Origin: Felis catus | Taxonomy: Eukaryota | DNA: 64,000 bases | Direction of reading: 5' to 3' | Assembly (NCBI RefSeq): GCF_018350175.1 | Contig: NC_058368.1 | Location: forward strand, 24,182,001-24,246,000 | Shown: positions 24,303-38,479 of the stretch, piece by piece | Layout of the letters: every line of letters starts with the position of its first letter | Numbering within the stretch: position 1 is the stretch's first letter | Position numbers and translations under genes: made by a program | Notes under the pieces: generated by a model | What the model saw: only the letters and a program-made list of their open reading frames with translations | What the model was told of the DNA's origin: nothing | Database searches by the model: none

Positions 24303-26720
24303 ATAGACCAATTTCCCTGACGAACATGGATGCAAAAATCCTCAACAAGATATTAGCCAACTGGATCCAACAATACATTAAAAAAAATTGTTCACCACGA
24401 CCAAGTGGGACTTATACCTGGGATGCAGGGCTGGTTCAATATCCACAAAATAATTAACATGATTCATCATGTCAATAAAAGAAAGGACAAGAACCATATG
24501 ATCCTCTCAATAGATGCAGAGAAAGCTTTTGACAAAATACAGCATCCTTTCCTGATAAAAACCCTCAAGAAAGTAAGGGTAGAAGGGGCATACCTCAAGA
24601 TCATAAAAGCCATATATATGAATGACCCAACACTAATATCCTCAATGGGGAAAAACTGAGAGCTTTTCCCTTAAGGTCAGGAACAAGACAGGGATGTCCA
24701 CTCTCGCCAGTGTTATTCAACATGGTACTGCAAGTCTTAGCCTCTGCAATCAGAAAATACAAAGAAATAAAAGGCATCCAAATCAGCCAGGAGGAGGTCA
24801 AACTTTCACTCTTCACAGATGACATGATACTCTAGATGGAAAACCCTAAAGATTCCACCAAAAAACTGCTAGAATTGATTCATGAATTCAGCCAAGTTGC
24901 AGGATATAAAATCAACACACAGAAATCGGTTGCATTCCTATACACCAACAATGAAGCAACAGAAAGAGAAATTAAGGAATCGATCCCATTTACAGTTGCA
25001 CCAATAACCATAAAATACCTCGGAATAAATCTAACCAAAGAGGTGAAAAATCTATACACTGAAAACTATAGAAAGCTTATGAAAGAAATTGAAGACACAA
25101 AAACATGGAAAAAGATTCCATACTCCTGGATAGGAAGAACAAATATTGTTAAAATGTCGATACTACCCAAAGCAATCTACATATTCAATGCAATCCCTAT
25201 CAAAGTAACACCAGCATTCTTCACAGAGCTAGAACAAACAATCCTAAAATGTGTATGGAAGCCGCAAAGACCCGAATAGGCAAAGCGATATTGAAAAAGA
25301 AAACCAAAGCAGGAGGCATCACAATCCCAGACTTCAAGCTATACTACAAAGCTGTAATCATCAAGACAGTCTGGTGCTGGCACAAGAACAGACACTCAGA
25401 TCAATGGAACAGAACAGAGAACCCAGAAATAGACCCACAAACGTATGGCCAACTAATCTTTGACAAAGCAGGAAAGAATATCCAATGGAATAAAGACCGT
25501 CTCCTCAGCAAGTGATTCTGGGAAAACTAGACAGCGACATGCAGAAGAATGAACCTGGACCACTTTCTTACACCATACACAAAGATAAACTCAAAATGGA
25601 TGAAAGGCCTCAATGTAAGACAGGAAGCCATCAGAATCCTTGAGGAGAAAGGCAAAAACCTCTTTGATCTTGGTCCCAGCAACTTCTTACTCAACACGTC
25701 TCCAGAGTCAAGGGAAACAAAAGCAAAAATGAACTACTGGGACCTCATCAAAATAAAACCTTCTGCACAGGGAAGGAAACAATCAGCAAAACTAAAAGGC
25801 AACCGACAGAACAGGAAAAGATATTTGCAAACGACATATCTGATAAAGAGTTAGTATCCAAAATCTATAAAGAACATGTGAAACTCAACACCCAAAAAAC
25901 AAATACTCCAGTAAAGAAATGGACACAAGACATGAATAGACACTTCTCCAAAGAAGACATCCAGATGGCCAACTGACACATGAAAAGATGCTCAACATCA
26001 GTCATCAGGGAAATACAAATCAAAACCACAATGAGATACCACCTGACACCTGTCACAATGGCTAACATTAACAACTCAGGCAACAACAGATGTTGGAGAG
26101 CATGTGGAGAAAGAGGATCTCTTTTGCATTGTTGGTGGGAATACAAGCTGGTGCAGCCACTCTGGAAAACAGTATGGAGGTTCCTCAAACAACTAAAAAT
26201 AGAACTACACTATGACCCAGCAATTGCACTACCATGCATTTATCCAAGGGATACAGGTGTGCTGTTTCGAAGGGACACAGGCACCCCCACGTTTATAGCA
26301 GCACTATCAACAATAGACAAAGCATGGAAAGAGCCCAAATGTCCATCGAGGGATGAATGGATAAAGAAGATGTGGTATATATATATACAATGGAGTATTA
26401 CTTGGCAATCAGAATGAAATCTTGCCATTTGCAACTACGTGGATGGAACTAGAGGGTATTATGCTAAGTGAAATTAGTCAGAGAAAGACAAAAATCCTAT
26501 GACTTCACTCATGAGGACTTTAAGAGACAAAACAGATGAACATAAGGGAAGGGAAACAAAAATATAAAAATGGAGGGGAACAGAAGAGACTCATAAATAT
26601 AGAGAACAAACTGAGGGTTACTGGATGGGTTGTGGGAGGGGGGATGGGCTAAATGGGTAAGGGGCACTAAGGAATCTACTCCTGAAATCATTGCACTATA
26701 TGCTAATTTGGATGTAAATT

Positions 26721-26791
<71 letters not shown>
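24303..26791 (+). mobile_element. Relatively young 5'-truncated LINE-1 (ORF2 RT to 3' UTR), disabled
   Basis: ORF pieces [73 protein letters not shown] read as FTDD followed by a stop near 24833; TSD agaaacacactact (24289-24302) / agaaaaacactact (26792-26805). Confidence 0.97.
26724..26790. repeat. (TA)n microsatellite in place of the L1 tail
   Basis: Direct read; lies between the L1 3' end and the right TSD. Confidence 0.97.
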
Positions 26792-26805
26792 AGAAAAACA
26801 CTACT

Positions 26806-27520
26806 TTGCAGCCCCTAAGTAAAATAATTGATTCTGACAACATTAAGAAGAAACCCTTAGACATATGCTAATGGCAACTTTACGATGGAAGAGTCAGGCT
26901 TCAGCAATTGACTCTTAATATCCCAAGGATTAAAACAACCAGACATTGCCTTCTGATGTTATACAATAAAAAGCACCCAAGATCCATTCTATGAAGTATT
27001 CTTGCCAAAAATGTTGAACAAAAGTCAGATCAAGTACCTAAAATTAGTATAAGTAACAAGAAATATAGGTGATGGAAGCTATCATTTAGTTAAATGACAC
27101 AAGGAAGCCAACTATTCTATACTTAGGACTTTTTACACGTTTCTTATAACAAGTCACTGACCTGGTGCTGTCACAAGTCAAAAGGTCATCCAGAGAAATA
27201 GGGAAGGAGTCAATATACATGAAAAGAGTCTTAGGAACCAATTATGAAATACAATGTATAGATCTTGTTTGGATTCTAGCTTTAGAGAAAGAGACCTCTT
27301 TGAGAACATGGTACTAGGTTATAATGAATTATTAGGTATAATAGCATCGTAATTAAATTTAGAAGCATGAAGGTGTAAAATGACATGTCTGATACTTGTC
27401 TGACACTTCAGAAAAGTTATGAAGTCAATATAGAAAAATCCTAACTCTTAAACCTTGATGCTGAGCATGTTCAAGTACTAGCCTGTGTACTATTGTATGT
27501 TTAATGTTTTTATGTTTAAA
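26806..27520 (+). mobile_element. Very old L1ME-like 3' region (host of the 24.3 kb L1; left part about 23960-24290)
   Basis: aaccagacattgccttctgatg, tatgaagtattcttgccaaaaatgttgaac, gatcttgtttggattc. Confidence 0.6.
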
Positions 27521-27669
27521 AAAAACTTTTATTAAGAGTAGTCACTCAGATCATAAAGATATTTCCAAGTCTGCCAGCTAAGTTCCAGAATTATCTCTGA
27601 TAAAGTAATAGAAGATTTGGGTGCACTACCAGCCTCTTTTAAGCATACGGTTGTCTTCCCAAAGTGATT

Positions 27670-27877
27670 TTTTTTTTTAATTTTTTTTCAATATATGAAG
27701 TTTATTGTCAAATTGGTTTCCATACAACACCCAGTGCTCATCCCAAAAGGTGCCCTCCTCAATACCCATCACCCACCCTCCACTCCCTCCCACCCCCCAT
27801 CAACCCTCAGTTTGTTCTCAGTTTTTAAGAGTCTCTTATGCTTTGGCTCTCTTCCATTCTAACCTCTTCTTTTTTTT
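27670..27877 (-). mobile_element. Young 5'-truncated L1 3' UTR (L1_Fc-like)
   Basis: Near-identical reverse complement of part of 7260-7514; perfect TSD ccaaagtgatt at 27659-27669 and 27878-27888. Confidence 0.95.
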
Positions 27878-28289
27878 CCAAAGTGATTATTTTAAAGGGA
27901 CAACTGTCTTGAGTTGGAAATTGTCTTCTTTTTAATGCAATCACTTGCATTTGTAGTTTCACATGTCTTACTATTTACTGTAAAGTCAAATCATTCCTTC
28001 TCTGAAAAAAAAAAAATTAAACCCCATATCTTCCATTGATAATGGAAAAGAAGGTCAGGTGGAAGAGAAAGCATCACTGGACCTCATAACCTTCCCTCTC
28101 AGAGATTTATCTTCTTACTGACTATAGCTGTCTCCCGGGGGAACACCACACCTTTAATATTTCAGCCTAAGACACAACATAGGAACCTTCTCTTACAACT
28201 CAAGCTAAACTGAGGTAATGCGGCAAATTTACACACTAGATTTTAGTTGAAAATTGAGAATAAAAAGTGAGTACTAAGAGTAATATAAC

Positions 28290-28975
28290 CAGATCAGGGC
28301 TCCACGAAAAGTAGCCACTGAACCAGCATCATCACCACCACTTAGGGGTCTAATATACATGCAAACGCACGGACCCCACCACAAGTTACTGAGTTAAAGG
28401 ATCTGAGGATACAGAGCACAATTCCATGCTATAAAAAGCTTTGATTTTTATCATTAAACTTGAGAGCCCCCAGAAATTCTTATTAGGTTGGTTTATGATA
28501 ATAATTTTCTCAAACTTGACGACACATTAGAATCACCTTGGGAATTTTACAAGTCCTAACACCCAGGGCTTACAATAAACCAATTAAATGAGAAACTCTG
28601 GGAGTAGATGCCAGACATCAGTAGTTTTTAAAACTTCCCAGAGGATTCCAATGTGCAGTTAAACTTGCGAATCATTGGTCTAGAATGGGACATAACCCAG
28701 CCATCATTATTTAAGAATTCCCTTGGGGCACCTGGGTCTCAGTCAGTTGAGCGTCTGACTTTGGCTCAAGTCATGATCTCACCATTTATGAGTTCTAGCC
28801 CCATGTCTGGCTCTGTGCTGACAGCTCGGAGCCTAGAGCCTGCTTCACATTCTGTGTCTCCCTATCTCTCTGCTCCTCCCTTGTTCAAGCTCTGTTTCTT
28901 TCTTGAAATTAAACAAAAAAATTTTAAGAATTCCCTAGATGACACTGAAGAGCAGCTCAAATTAAGAACCAATGA
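28290..28975. mobile_element. Cluster of MER5-like hAT-Charlie fragments
   Basis: tttctcaaacttg..cacattagaatcacc, ttttaaaacttcccagaggattccaatgtgcag, ttaagaaccaatg. Confidence 0.75.
28724..28925 (+). mobile_element. Can-SINE (felid type)
   Basis: ggggcacctggg head; TSD aagaattccct at 28713-28723 and 28926-28936. Confidence 0.95.
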
Positions 28976-29544
28976 GTGGCTTACACACAAGATACATTCC
29001 ATTCATCTTCAAAGAAGGCTCTAATGCATCTATTTGCTTCCATAGAACAATCATTTTTTCCCTACACACCAGAAATACCCACAATCATGACACAATGCCA
29101 AAGAAAAATCCAAGAAAACAACAATGAAGGAAGTCATCAATTCCTTCTTCTAGCCTTAAGTGTGTTCCTTCTAAATTCTCATGAGCTTTTTCTTTAATAG
29201 ATGGGTGACAGAAGCGATTTTATCCCCAAGACCTTAGTAACAACCATATCAGAATCTAGTACAATACAGTAATTTTAACGTGAAATTCTGATTTAGTATA
29301 TTAGGTAAAACATGTAATCTGTATTGCCAAAAGTAATTCAAGCATTTGAGCATCCAGAACAGACCATTAGAAGTATGTGTGTGCTATACACATGTGAACT
29401 ACTCTGGTTTCTAATTTGATTGTAGACCCTATGGCTAGAAATGATTTTAGATATTGATCTCCACGATTTCTGAAGGCTTTAGGGTTCCAAAGAACAATTC
29501 ATCTGTTATTAATGCTATCCTCAACTACCACCAGAGGGATACTA

Positions 29545-30200
29545 CCACGTTATGAACTTGTGTTTGGGATTTAGACCTGCATTTGAACCCAGATCCCTCA
29601 GTTACTATGGGATCTTGAACATGTTACTTTATTCTAACCTTGATTTCCTGATCTGTAATAATGGGATTAACACCTGCCCAGAAGGACTTTTATGAGGATG
29701 CCTGGGACATGCTGAAATTTTGTAGCATATTTGTGTTCAACAATGGGTAGCTATTGTTTTCAGAACACCCCGAGTCCTTTTGATGCCTCCATGATTTTGT
29801 CACACTATTTCCTCTGCCTAGAATGCCCTTCCCTTATGTCAACCTGGTTCATTCATTCATCTGGTATTTATTAATTACCTGCTATGTATTGAACCTTTAT
29901 TAGGCATCAAGAATAAACTAACCCACATCAGACATTCCATCATTCATGTTAGCACAACCCAAGCTGATAAATGCTATGAGGCAAAACATAGAAATAAATT
30001 GAAGGGTATAAAAGAGCCTCTAGGGTATCAGAGAGCAGTACAATGTTGGGGTTGAAAGCATGAACTCTGGAGTCACACTCCCATTGCTGCTTAATGTGTG
30101 ACACTGAGAAAGTTATTTCAGCCTCTGTGCTTGGTTCCTTTGTACCTACTACATAGTGTTGCTGGGACAATTAAATGCTGTTCAATCAACCTAATACTTG
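29545..30200. mobile_element. MIR, L2 and MIR fragments
   Basis: ttgatttcctgatctgtaataatggg (MIR core); ttcattcattcat..ttaattacctgctatg (L2 tail); agcctctgtgcttggttcc (MIR). Confidence 0.65.
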
Positions 30201-30979
30201 ACATACAACAAATACTTAATAAAGCCTTTATCTGGTGAAAGCCATCTTGACTTAAGTGTCGTATTTTGTATAAAACCTTTCCTGTTATTGGCCTAAGGCA
30301 CATAGCAGAAACACAATACTGTTTCTGGTTGCATGAATACAATGCACATGTGCTGCAAATAAGTCAGATGCTTTGATCAAGTTATACTAGATTGTATTGC
30401 AGTTCAGCATGGCAGCATTTTAGCATCTAGTTTAAGGTTTGTCATTTTAACCTCTATGTAATAGCTCACGTATTTCCCTAACATTCCCTAAGATCTTCAA
30501 AGGGAAGCTGTTTTAGCATAGGAAATGGTTTGTCTTTGTTAAAGTATAGCTTAAGTAAGTCTATCTTGGCAATTTTGCACCTATCCATACTAACTATGAG
30601 GTGGCAACTACAATACCCCCTATGAATAAAAAATCATATTAAGCACTTATTAATATAGTTGTATATACACTAAAAGATAATATTAGAAGAATAAACCCAG
30701 CTTGGAGGCTACTATGTCCATATTTGTAACTACTAAAAGATAGACACAACTCCTTCAAACATAGGCTTCCAAGCTCCATGATTTTTTACCTTCTTGCAGC
30801 TACAAACCACAAGATCCTTATTATATTTAAATCCTTTTTTTTAAGAAAATGATTACCAATATCCCCTAGTAATTCTAAAGCCAACTGAGTCTGTGTCAAC
30901 ATGTACACAGAGGCCAATGTTTCACTGCAACCAAGCCCCACCTAATTCAATTTCTAACCCATCAGCTCCGATAGGTATT

Positions 30980-31140
30980 ATAAACATTAGGAAGAGCGTA
31001 CTAACATTTATGCTTTCTATGTGCCAGACACCATGCAAAGCACTTCACAGGTAGTATCTCATTTAGTTCTCTCAACTTCTGAGATACCCAGTGCCACTGC
31101 CCTATTTCACAATGAGTGATTTGAAGGTTAGAACGGTGTA
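30980..31140 (-). mobile_element. MIR fragment
   Basis: ctatgtgccagacaccatgcaaagcacttcacaggtagtatctcatttagttc. Confidence 0.75.
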
Positions 31141-31399
31141 TCTAGTCTATTTTCAAAGCTTTAATTTTTAGCCAGTTTTCTTTTTGGTGTTTTCAGCTCA
31201 TCTGGGTTCTTGGCTATGGATAGGATACCATCTTAGAGTTTCCCATTCTTGTCTTCTCTGTTGCTTGGTATTATAGTTCTCTGCTTCAGGTTATTGTTCT
31301 TAAAGGTCATTATATTCTCTGCCAAATTTTTCCTCTGAAAGGGTCCTCAACTAAGTCTGAGAGTCTGTGTTCAGTGTATCAGCCTTTGTACCTACATGG

Positions 31400-32155
31400 A
31401 AGGATGTGGCAGAAGAGGAACCCTTCTATGCTGTTGGTTGAAATGTGAATTGGTTCAGTCCCTGTGGAAAACAGTTTCGAGTCTTCTCAAAAAATTCTAA
31501 CTACCATGATTCAGCAATCCCACTTCCAGATATATATCTGGTGGAAATGAATAAAGGATATTCAAACAGTATTTCCACTTCCATGTATTTTTGTTTATTT
31601 TTATCTATAGCAGCATTATTTACAATAGCCAAGATATGGAAAAAAACTTAAGTATCTATCAATGAATGAATGGCTAAAGAAGATATGGTGTACATGATAT
31701 GTATTTTTCTAATCATGACCAAGAAAAGGACATCCTGACATTTGAAATATAAATTGGAGGGTATAACCACCAAGTGAAAAAAGACAACATACTTCATGAT
31801 CTCACTTACATGTGGAATCTATAAAAGCTAAACTCTTAGAAACAGTAGAACGGTAGTTCATCAGGGCTGAGAGGTGGGATGATTGAGGAGATGATTGTTA
31901 AAGTGTGCAAACTTGCAATTATGAGTAAGTTCTGGAAACCTAATACCCAGTATCGTGTTTATAGTAATACTCCATTATACACTTCAGAGTTGGTAAGCAT
32001 AGATTTTTCTCACACACACAAAAAAATTAACATGATCACTTCTTAGCTAATGGTAACTGTAATGGTTACCATATTACAACATAAAAATGTATTATAACAC
32101 ATCATACCCTTTAAATTTACAATGTTATAGGTCAGCTATATCTCAAACCAAAACA
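31400..32155 (+). mobile_element. LINE-1 3' end (L1MA-type)
   Basis: gcagcattatttacaatagccaagatatggaa, atctcacttacatgtggaatct, ctttaaatttacaatgttatagg. Confidence 0.88.
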
Positions 32156-33744
32156 ATACTGCAAACTCTATACATGGGTTCAAAATCCAGAGAACTTGGC
32201 AGCAAAGGAATACAGATGAAGCACTCAGAAGGTACTATCCTAGGGAGGTTCATGTGGAAAAAAATTCAGACTTGAGAGACTGAATTCATGTTATCAGAAG
32301 AGCAAATGTGGGAAGCAACAGGGAAGAATTGGCTCCCTGAGGGAATGAGACAAGGAGTTTAAGGATAGCATTGAAGTAGAGAAGAGAAATGGCTTAGCCT
32401 CTTAAAAGGTTACATCCTTGTCAAGTAAGGCCCTTGCAGTCAGGCAGGATTCCAAGCCACCCAGTCCACTATCTTCACAAGGATGGTAACCAACAGCAAA
32501 GCCGTTACCAAGTATGTAACAACTACCAGCTCCTCTTAGACACCATTCATGTGGGGAAGATTCTAGATCAATTCTGGCACTGTCCAGCATATTGAGGGGT
32601 AGAAACATACACCTATTTCAGTTGTGATGAGAAGGAACATGTGCAGACTGCCACCACAAAGAAATATACTTAGTGACTTAGCCACGTGTCTTTATCAGAG
32701 GAAATCCGAAAAGAGATACTTAAGAGGGGTGGGAGGGAACCTACACAGTGTTCCTTATCCTTTGCAGAGTAAGAGGAGAGTCAGATAACCCAGGTATGGT
32801 TGGATTCCATTTGAAGCAAACACAAAAGGCAGCCCAGATGGGGATTCTGCCCCATCACTGGTGTGACTCAGTTTGACTCAATACTCAAATCCCCAGTCCC
32901 TCATGTTCCCTAAGGCACCGGCTTACCTCTAAGGCACTCATCTGCCTGGGCAATGGCAGGAGAGCTGCACCCAGAGGTTAGAGCACAAATCCTCCCAGCA
33001 CTTTAATGTCCAGGCAAAGGAGAGATACCTAATAAAGTTCCTCAGATTAGCCATGCTCAATCCTGAAGAGACAGGGAAGAGGTGGGTGGCTGAGCCTAAG
33101 AGATGGGGCTCAACTATGCATCTTAGTCAAAAGGGAAATCAAGGGACAGTGAATATTACATAGGATTTTTCCATCAATACTTCTGTCATCTTCCTCCTCT
33201 GCTACAAGGGGCTTAGCAAGAAGCAAAAGTTACTTTGTTTTGAAACTCAGAAGGGTAGGCAAACTAATGGGGACAGCCCATTTTCTTGAATAATAGGAGG
33301 GATTTTAGACAGATGGCAGGGCACACACATGAGAAAAAAAGAACATATTTGTGTAATGGGAAATTCTTAATTTTTTCTGTATGGTGTAGGATACAGAGGT
33401 CTCCTCTAATCCACTCCCAAAGAAAGTACCTTCAGAAAAACTAAGCAAAGAGTACTCTGGCTGTTACGGTAACAATAGAGTGAGGTGAGGAAGTGCTAAG
33501 TCTGGCTGGAAGGTAGGAAGCAGTGAAGGTGAAACACATAGAGCCAGCCTCACCCAAGCTGTGTGAGGTCCTCCTATGGACCAACAGAAGGAGAGCTCAC
33601 ACTGTTTGCCCCTGTAAAATCAGACTTGTGCGCAGAACTGGCAGGGACATTGGCACTGAAAATCTGAGACCCTTTGGTTGCCAAAGGAAAAAGAACCAAC
33701 ACATCCTGAGGAAAGTCAGAAGCCATTCCAGTTACAGGAATATC

Positions 33745-34260
33745 ACTACATAACAACCTATGTCCAAAATTATGTGGCTTAAAACAACTGTTTATCTCAA
33801 TTTTATGAGTCAGGAATTTGAACGAGTCTTGGCTGGCCAATTCTGGACCATGGTAGTATCACCTTGGATCACTCAGCTGTATTTAGGTGGTGACTGAATA
33901 AAATGTCTAAAATGTCTGCACTCAATGTGCCTAGGCCTTTCAGATGAGGGAGGCTGGAAGGTTGGGCTTGGATGGGCCCCTCAATTTCTCCATCTAGACT
34001 CAGAACTACTCCAGGGTACCTCCCAGCATGTTGACTTGACTGTGGACGTATGGCCCAGAACTCTCAAGGAGCACTCCAAGAGACAGTAAGTAGGAACTGC
34101 TATCCCCTTAGTAGTTAGGCCTACAAGTGACATAGCACTGCTTTTCCAAAATCCATTGGTAAAGCTATAGCAGGCCAGCCTGAATTCAGGAAAAGTAGAC
34201 CCACCTTCCAATGGAGCATCCTTAAATCTGTCAGAGAAACAAGTTTAGCACACCAACAAT
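33745..34260. mobile_element. MLT1-type MaLR LTR
   Basis: gtggcttaaaacaactgtttatctcaattttatgagtcaggaatttg; ccattggtaaagctatagcaggccagcctgaattcagg. Confidence 0.7.
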
Positions 34261-34833
34261 TCTGTTTTCCAAGGAGAAGGATGACTGAATACATACAGTA
34301 TGTGTTTCTCAGTCTGCACTGAGGCACCCAGGCATATACACCAGGTTTTACAAAAGGGAGCTGCAGTGCAGAGAGGAGATAAAAGAACATCATCTGAGTT
34401 TTAGTAGAAAACTGAGGAGACTGATTAGCCCGAGTTGGGGCAGATCACCTGTCAATGTCAGATGTGCACCAGGCCAGGAGCCACCAAGGCCCTGAGCCTC
34501 CCTTCTGTATCACAGCCTCAGAGAAGCCTCCACCACAGCCTAAGGAGAGGACAAGGGATAGTCAACACCCATGGCCACCACATACCCTCACACACATAAC
34601 GTGCCTGTCAACTCCAGGGCATCAGAGAGAAGGGGACCAAGTCCCACGGTGTTGTAGGTGGAGAATGAGAGAATACATGTCTATTCCTACTCTTGTGATC
34701 CCCTTTTTCTCCCGGACAAACAGATGCCACTTATTCATCCCATTTATTTGTGATATGTTGCTGAGAAGGTGGAACGAAGGTCGGCCTCTATGGGGACTTC
34801 TACATACTGCATGAACACCAATAAGCAATTTCT

Positions 34834-35021
34834 GGGACACTTGAGTGGCACAGTTGGTTAAGCATCCAACTTTTGATTTTGGCTCAGGTCATGATCTCAT
34901 GGTTCCTGAGCTCACGCCCCACATCAGGCTCTGCATTGGCAGTGTGCAGCCCACTTCAATCTCTCTCTCTGCCCCTTCCTCCCCACAACTCACACATGCT
35001 CTCAAAATGAACATTTACAGA
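34834..35021 (+). mobile_element. Can-SINE
   Basis: gggacacttgagtggcacagttggttaag; TSD aataagcaatttct/aataagagatttct. Confidence 0.93.
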
Positions 35022-35559
35022 AATAAGAGATTTCTAGTACATCATGACTTTCTTCCATATTTTGTCATTATTGCCACTCCTTCTGTTCAAATACTGCAAT
35101 AAATGTTAGGGATATAGAGTTTCTTGTTGCAGGACATTCCTTCATGTTCATGGCAATGCATCATGGTGGGCTTCCAAGAAGAATGTGAATATACTCACTA
35201 AACAGACGTGGTCCACTTCCCTAGTCCCACAGACTCAATTACTTTACATACAACTCAGCAGCATAACCAAAATTGGGGCATATGCTGGCAACTAGAATGA
35301 CAATGTAGTTTCTTTGTTAAAAGTAGGTGGTAAATAATCTGAACGAGGAAGCTCAACAATAAGATATAGGCAATATATTTATCCACTAATTTCCTTTCTT
35401 AGACTACCCATCCACATTCCATGCAGACATGGAAATCCTATCTGACAACCAAAAGATTTGATCATCATTGTTTTCCAATAGGCTCAGGATTCAGTATCTG
35501 AAAATATATAATTCTGTTACCTGTGCCATGTAGTATTAAGGATTATTATGACTTTTTCA

Positions 35560-36035
35560 GGTACAACTTGTAGAAATTCATCCAACGACCCTAAGCCAAA
35601 AAAGGGAATTGACTTAGGCAACTGGAAATTTCAAGGGAGGATACACTTCAAGCACAGATAGATCTAGAGGCTTGAATGTGGTCATTCACACTGTCTCTCT
35701 ACCTGGGCTCTGCTTCTCCTTGTGTATTTACCTCATTCTTTCCTACCTCAAGCTTACAGATTATTCTTCAAAAGTGAGATGTTCTGTCTCCTAGAATCTC
35801 TAATTCTAATCTCACAGGACTCTACCTCAGTCTTCTTAGATGCCATGTCCACTCCTAGACCAAGCACAGCGGTGAAGGAGATGGGAATCCAGATCACACT
35901 AGTTGGGTCCTGTTCTCACCCTGAAAGTCAGAAAGCCCTAACAACAGGTCTATCAGAACCCTGGACTTGAGAGGACAGTTTCCCTACTACTCAAAGAGGG
36001 ATGCTGGGCTGAAAAAAGCAACACATGTCCATCTC
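35560..36035. mobile_element. Old MLT1 (I/J-like) LTR
   Basis: ttcaagcacagatagatctagaggcttg, ctgggctctgcttctcc, gggatgctgggctg. Confidence 0.55.
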
Positions 36036-36299
36036 ACATGATCAATTGGGTTTGGTTAAACTGAAAAGCACGTGCTAAAAGCAATGGTAAAACAAACTCT
36101 TGAAAGTAATCTAACAGTTTAAAATACAACTATTATATTCTATGCTGTTCTACTTTTATTATTTTTGTTAGATTTTAATTCCCATCTTATTCCACTTTAT
36201 ATTTAATGCAGTTATAGTTCTTCTTCCTTAGCACTTCCTGCTCCCTTGCTATAGTATTTTTTTCTGTAAGCATAGAAACATACTGCAACATTTTCCATC

Positions 36300-37670
36300 A
36301 CAGTCTCCCCCTTAAACCCCACCTTCTTTTCCAGCTCCCACACTGTTTCTCTGGTCCTATTTATGGCAAAACTCAAGAACTGCCTATTAACTATCCTTCT
36401 TTTTCACCTCTAATCCTGTTCTCCATCTATGCCAATCAGACTTTCATCCTACTTACTTCCTCAAACCTTTAGTCAACAAAGTCCTCAAGTGTTATCTCTT
36501 TTTTAAGACTTACAATCAATTATCAGTCTTCTCTTGATTCATTGCTCAGAAACATTTGACACTATCTGGTCACCTATGAAGATTTCCTTCTCTTGGCTTT
36601 CAGAAGACTTTTCTTTCCTTAGTGTTCTCCCACCTCAGTGACTTCTCCCCTTGTTTCCTTTGCCAGTGATCCCTCATCTTCTGGACTTCTACCTCAGAGG
36701 TCAGCCTTTAGTTATCTTTTTCTCATCTATGTTCACCATTTAGGCAAGTCTGCCAATTCCATAGTTTCAAAGACTGTATACAATTTGAGGACTTTCAAAT
36801 TTATACTCCAGTCTTAATCCCAATGTGAGGCTCGTACATTCAACTGTATCACCATTTGCATGCCTAAGGGGGCACATCGAATGTAACATTTACCCTCCAC
36901 CCCACAATAAGTTTCTCCTACAGTCTTTCATGTCTCAGTAAATGGTAACTCCATCCAACTGCTTAGATCAAAAGCCAGAGTTGTCCTTGACTCCTGTCAC
37001 ACTCCATATTTCAATCCATCACCAAGTTTTATTGCTTCTACGTTCACAATATATCCTCAATCCAATGAGTACCTTCTCACTTTCACCAAAATCAGGTATC
37101 CCAAGCCTAGATTATTTGAACAACTTCCATCTTGTCTTCCTTCTACCCTCTAGCTTCCTACAATTTTCTACCCCACTGCCAAACACTCTTGTGTTCTGAA
37201 GCATCCACCTACTTGCCATGATCTGTGCAACCCTACATCATCTGATAGTTGTTTATTTCTCCCACCTCCTTAAACCATCTGCCTCTCACTTTCTCCCTTG
37301 TTAAGCTGGACATGATTCTATTCCTCAAATATCCCAAATCCATCTCAAAAGGTCTTCACATTTACTTTTCCTCTGCCTGGAAACCTCTTGTCCCAATTCT
37401 CAGAGCTCGATCCCCCTGGTTATTCAGATCTTAGCTGTAACATAGCATCCTCTGAAAGATGTTAACCCTCTCTAAATACTTCCCACCCACCTATCTTCCT
37501 ACACTGTGTCATGGTCTTTGGCACTCACCATCACCTGGCCAAGTATTATATACTAATTTGTATACCGTGATTTATCTTCCCAAGTAGAATGGAATCTTTA
37601 TACACATCTGTTTACCCAGAATCTAGAGCACTGGGGAAAAAATGGTAGACCCAGAATAGTTAGTAAGTGA
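36300..37670 (+). mobile_element. LINE-2 relic
   Basis: Pyrimidine-rich; ccaatcagactttcatcc, ttccttctcttggctttc, tctcagtaaatggtaactccatcc, ttttcctctgcctggaa. Confidence 0.8.
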
Positions 37671-38479
37671 GGCAAATGTCAGAGGCTGTTGGAGAGAAAC
37701 TGGGGGAAAATGTTAGCTGTCAGGGTAACTGGAACTGGAAAGAGATTACAGAAAACATCTTTCTGTTTAATTAGAGAGTTTTTATTAGTGACAGAACATC
37801 ACTAACCCAATTATGTTTGCAGGAATATAAGTGATTTTTAAATACTGTTAAAAAAAGTACCAACATTGAGAATGTCAAACTTCTGACAAGAAAATGACAG
37901 CTGAGATTTGTTAGGAATATGTAATGAACATCTTCTGACTAAGTAGGTTATGATTAATAAATTGCATCTTAGAACTAGTATGTTTAAGTAATGCATATGA
38001 AATTTGATAGTGTCCAGTTATCTTTGTAAATCCATGTTGTATGGCATTTCTTCATTTAATATTAAAGACTATTAATATCTATGATTTATTTATCATTTAA
38101 ATTTTGTCTCGATCTAAAATATTCAGTCCATTTTCTTATATCCATTCATACTTAATTTGTCCATTTATAAATAGTTTTCAGACTGCCCAAGTGGTGCTAA
38201 AGTGGCATCTTTTCTCACGAATGGCACACAATTAAGGACGAAGATAGTGGTTTTTCAAACCCTTAAAAAACCTATATAATAATTATCTCCTAGAGCAACA
38301 GCCTATTCTAATTCCCCTTTCACAGGCTCTGCTTCCAGCATGCCAACGGAGTAGGTACTAAGTCCCTAACAGTACTGCTCTCCTTATAGATAAATAAAAC
38401 AGAAGTGGATAACTGGCCCTAACTGGGCCATTCAGATGGTCTTTAATTCTGAGATGGTCTTCAAAATCCTTCAGCAATA

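Noticed and set aside
24405..26417. Reverse-transcriptase-like ORFs as a functional gene or novel RT system
   Set aside because: Standard L1 ORF2 fragments: 5'-truncated, frameshifted, catalytic motif mutated, flanked by a TSD
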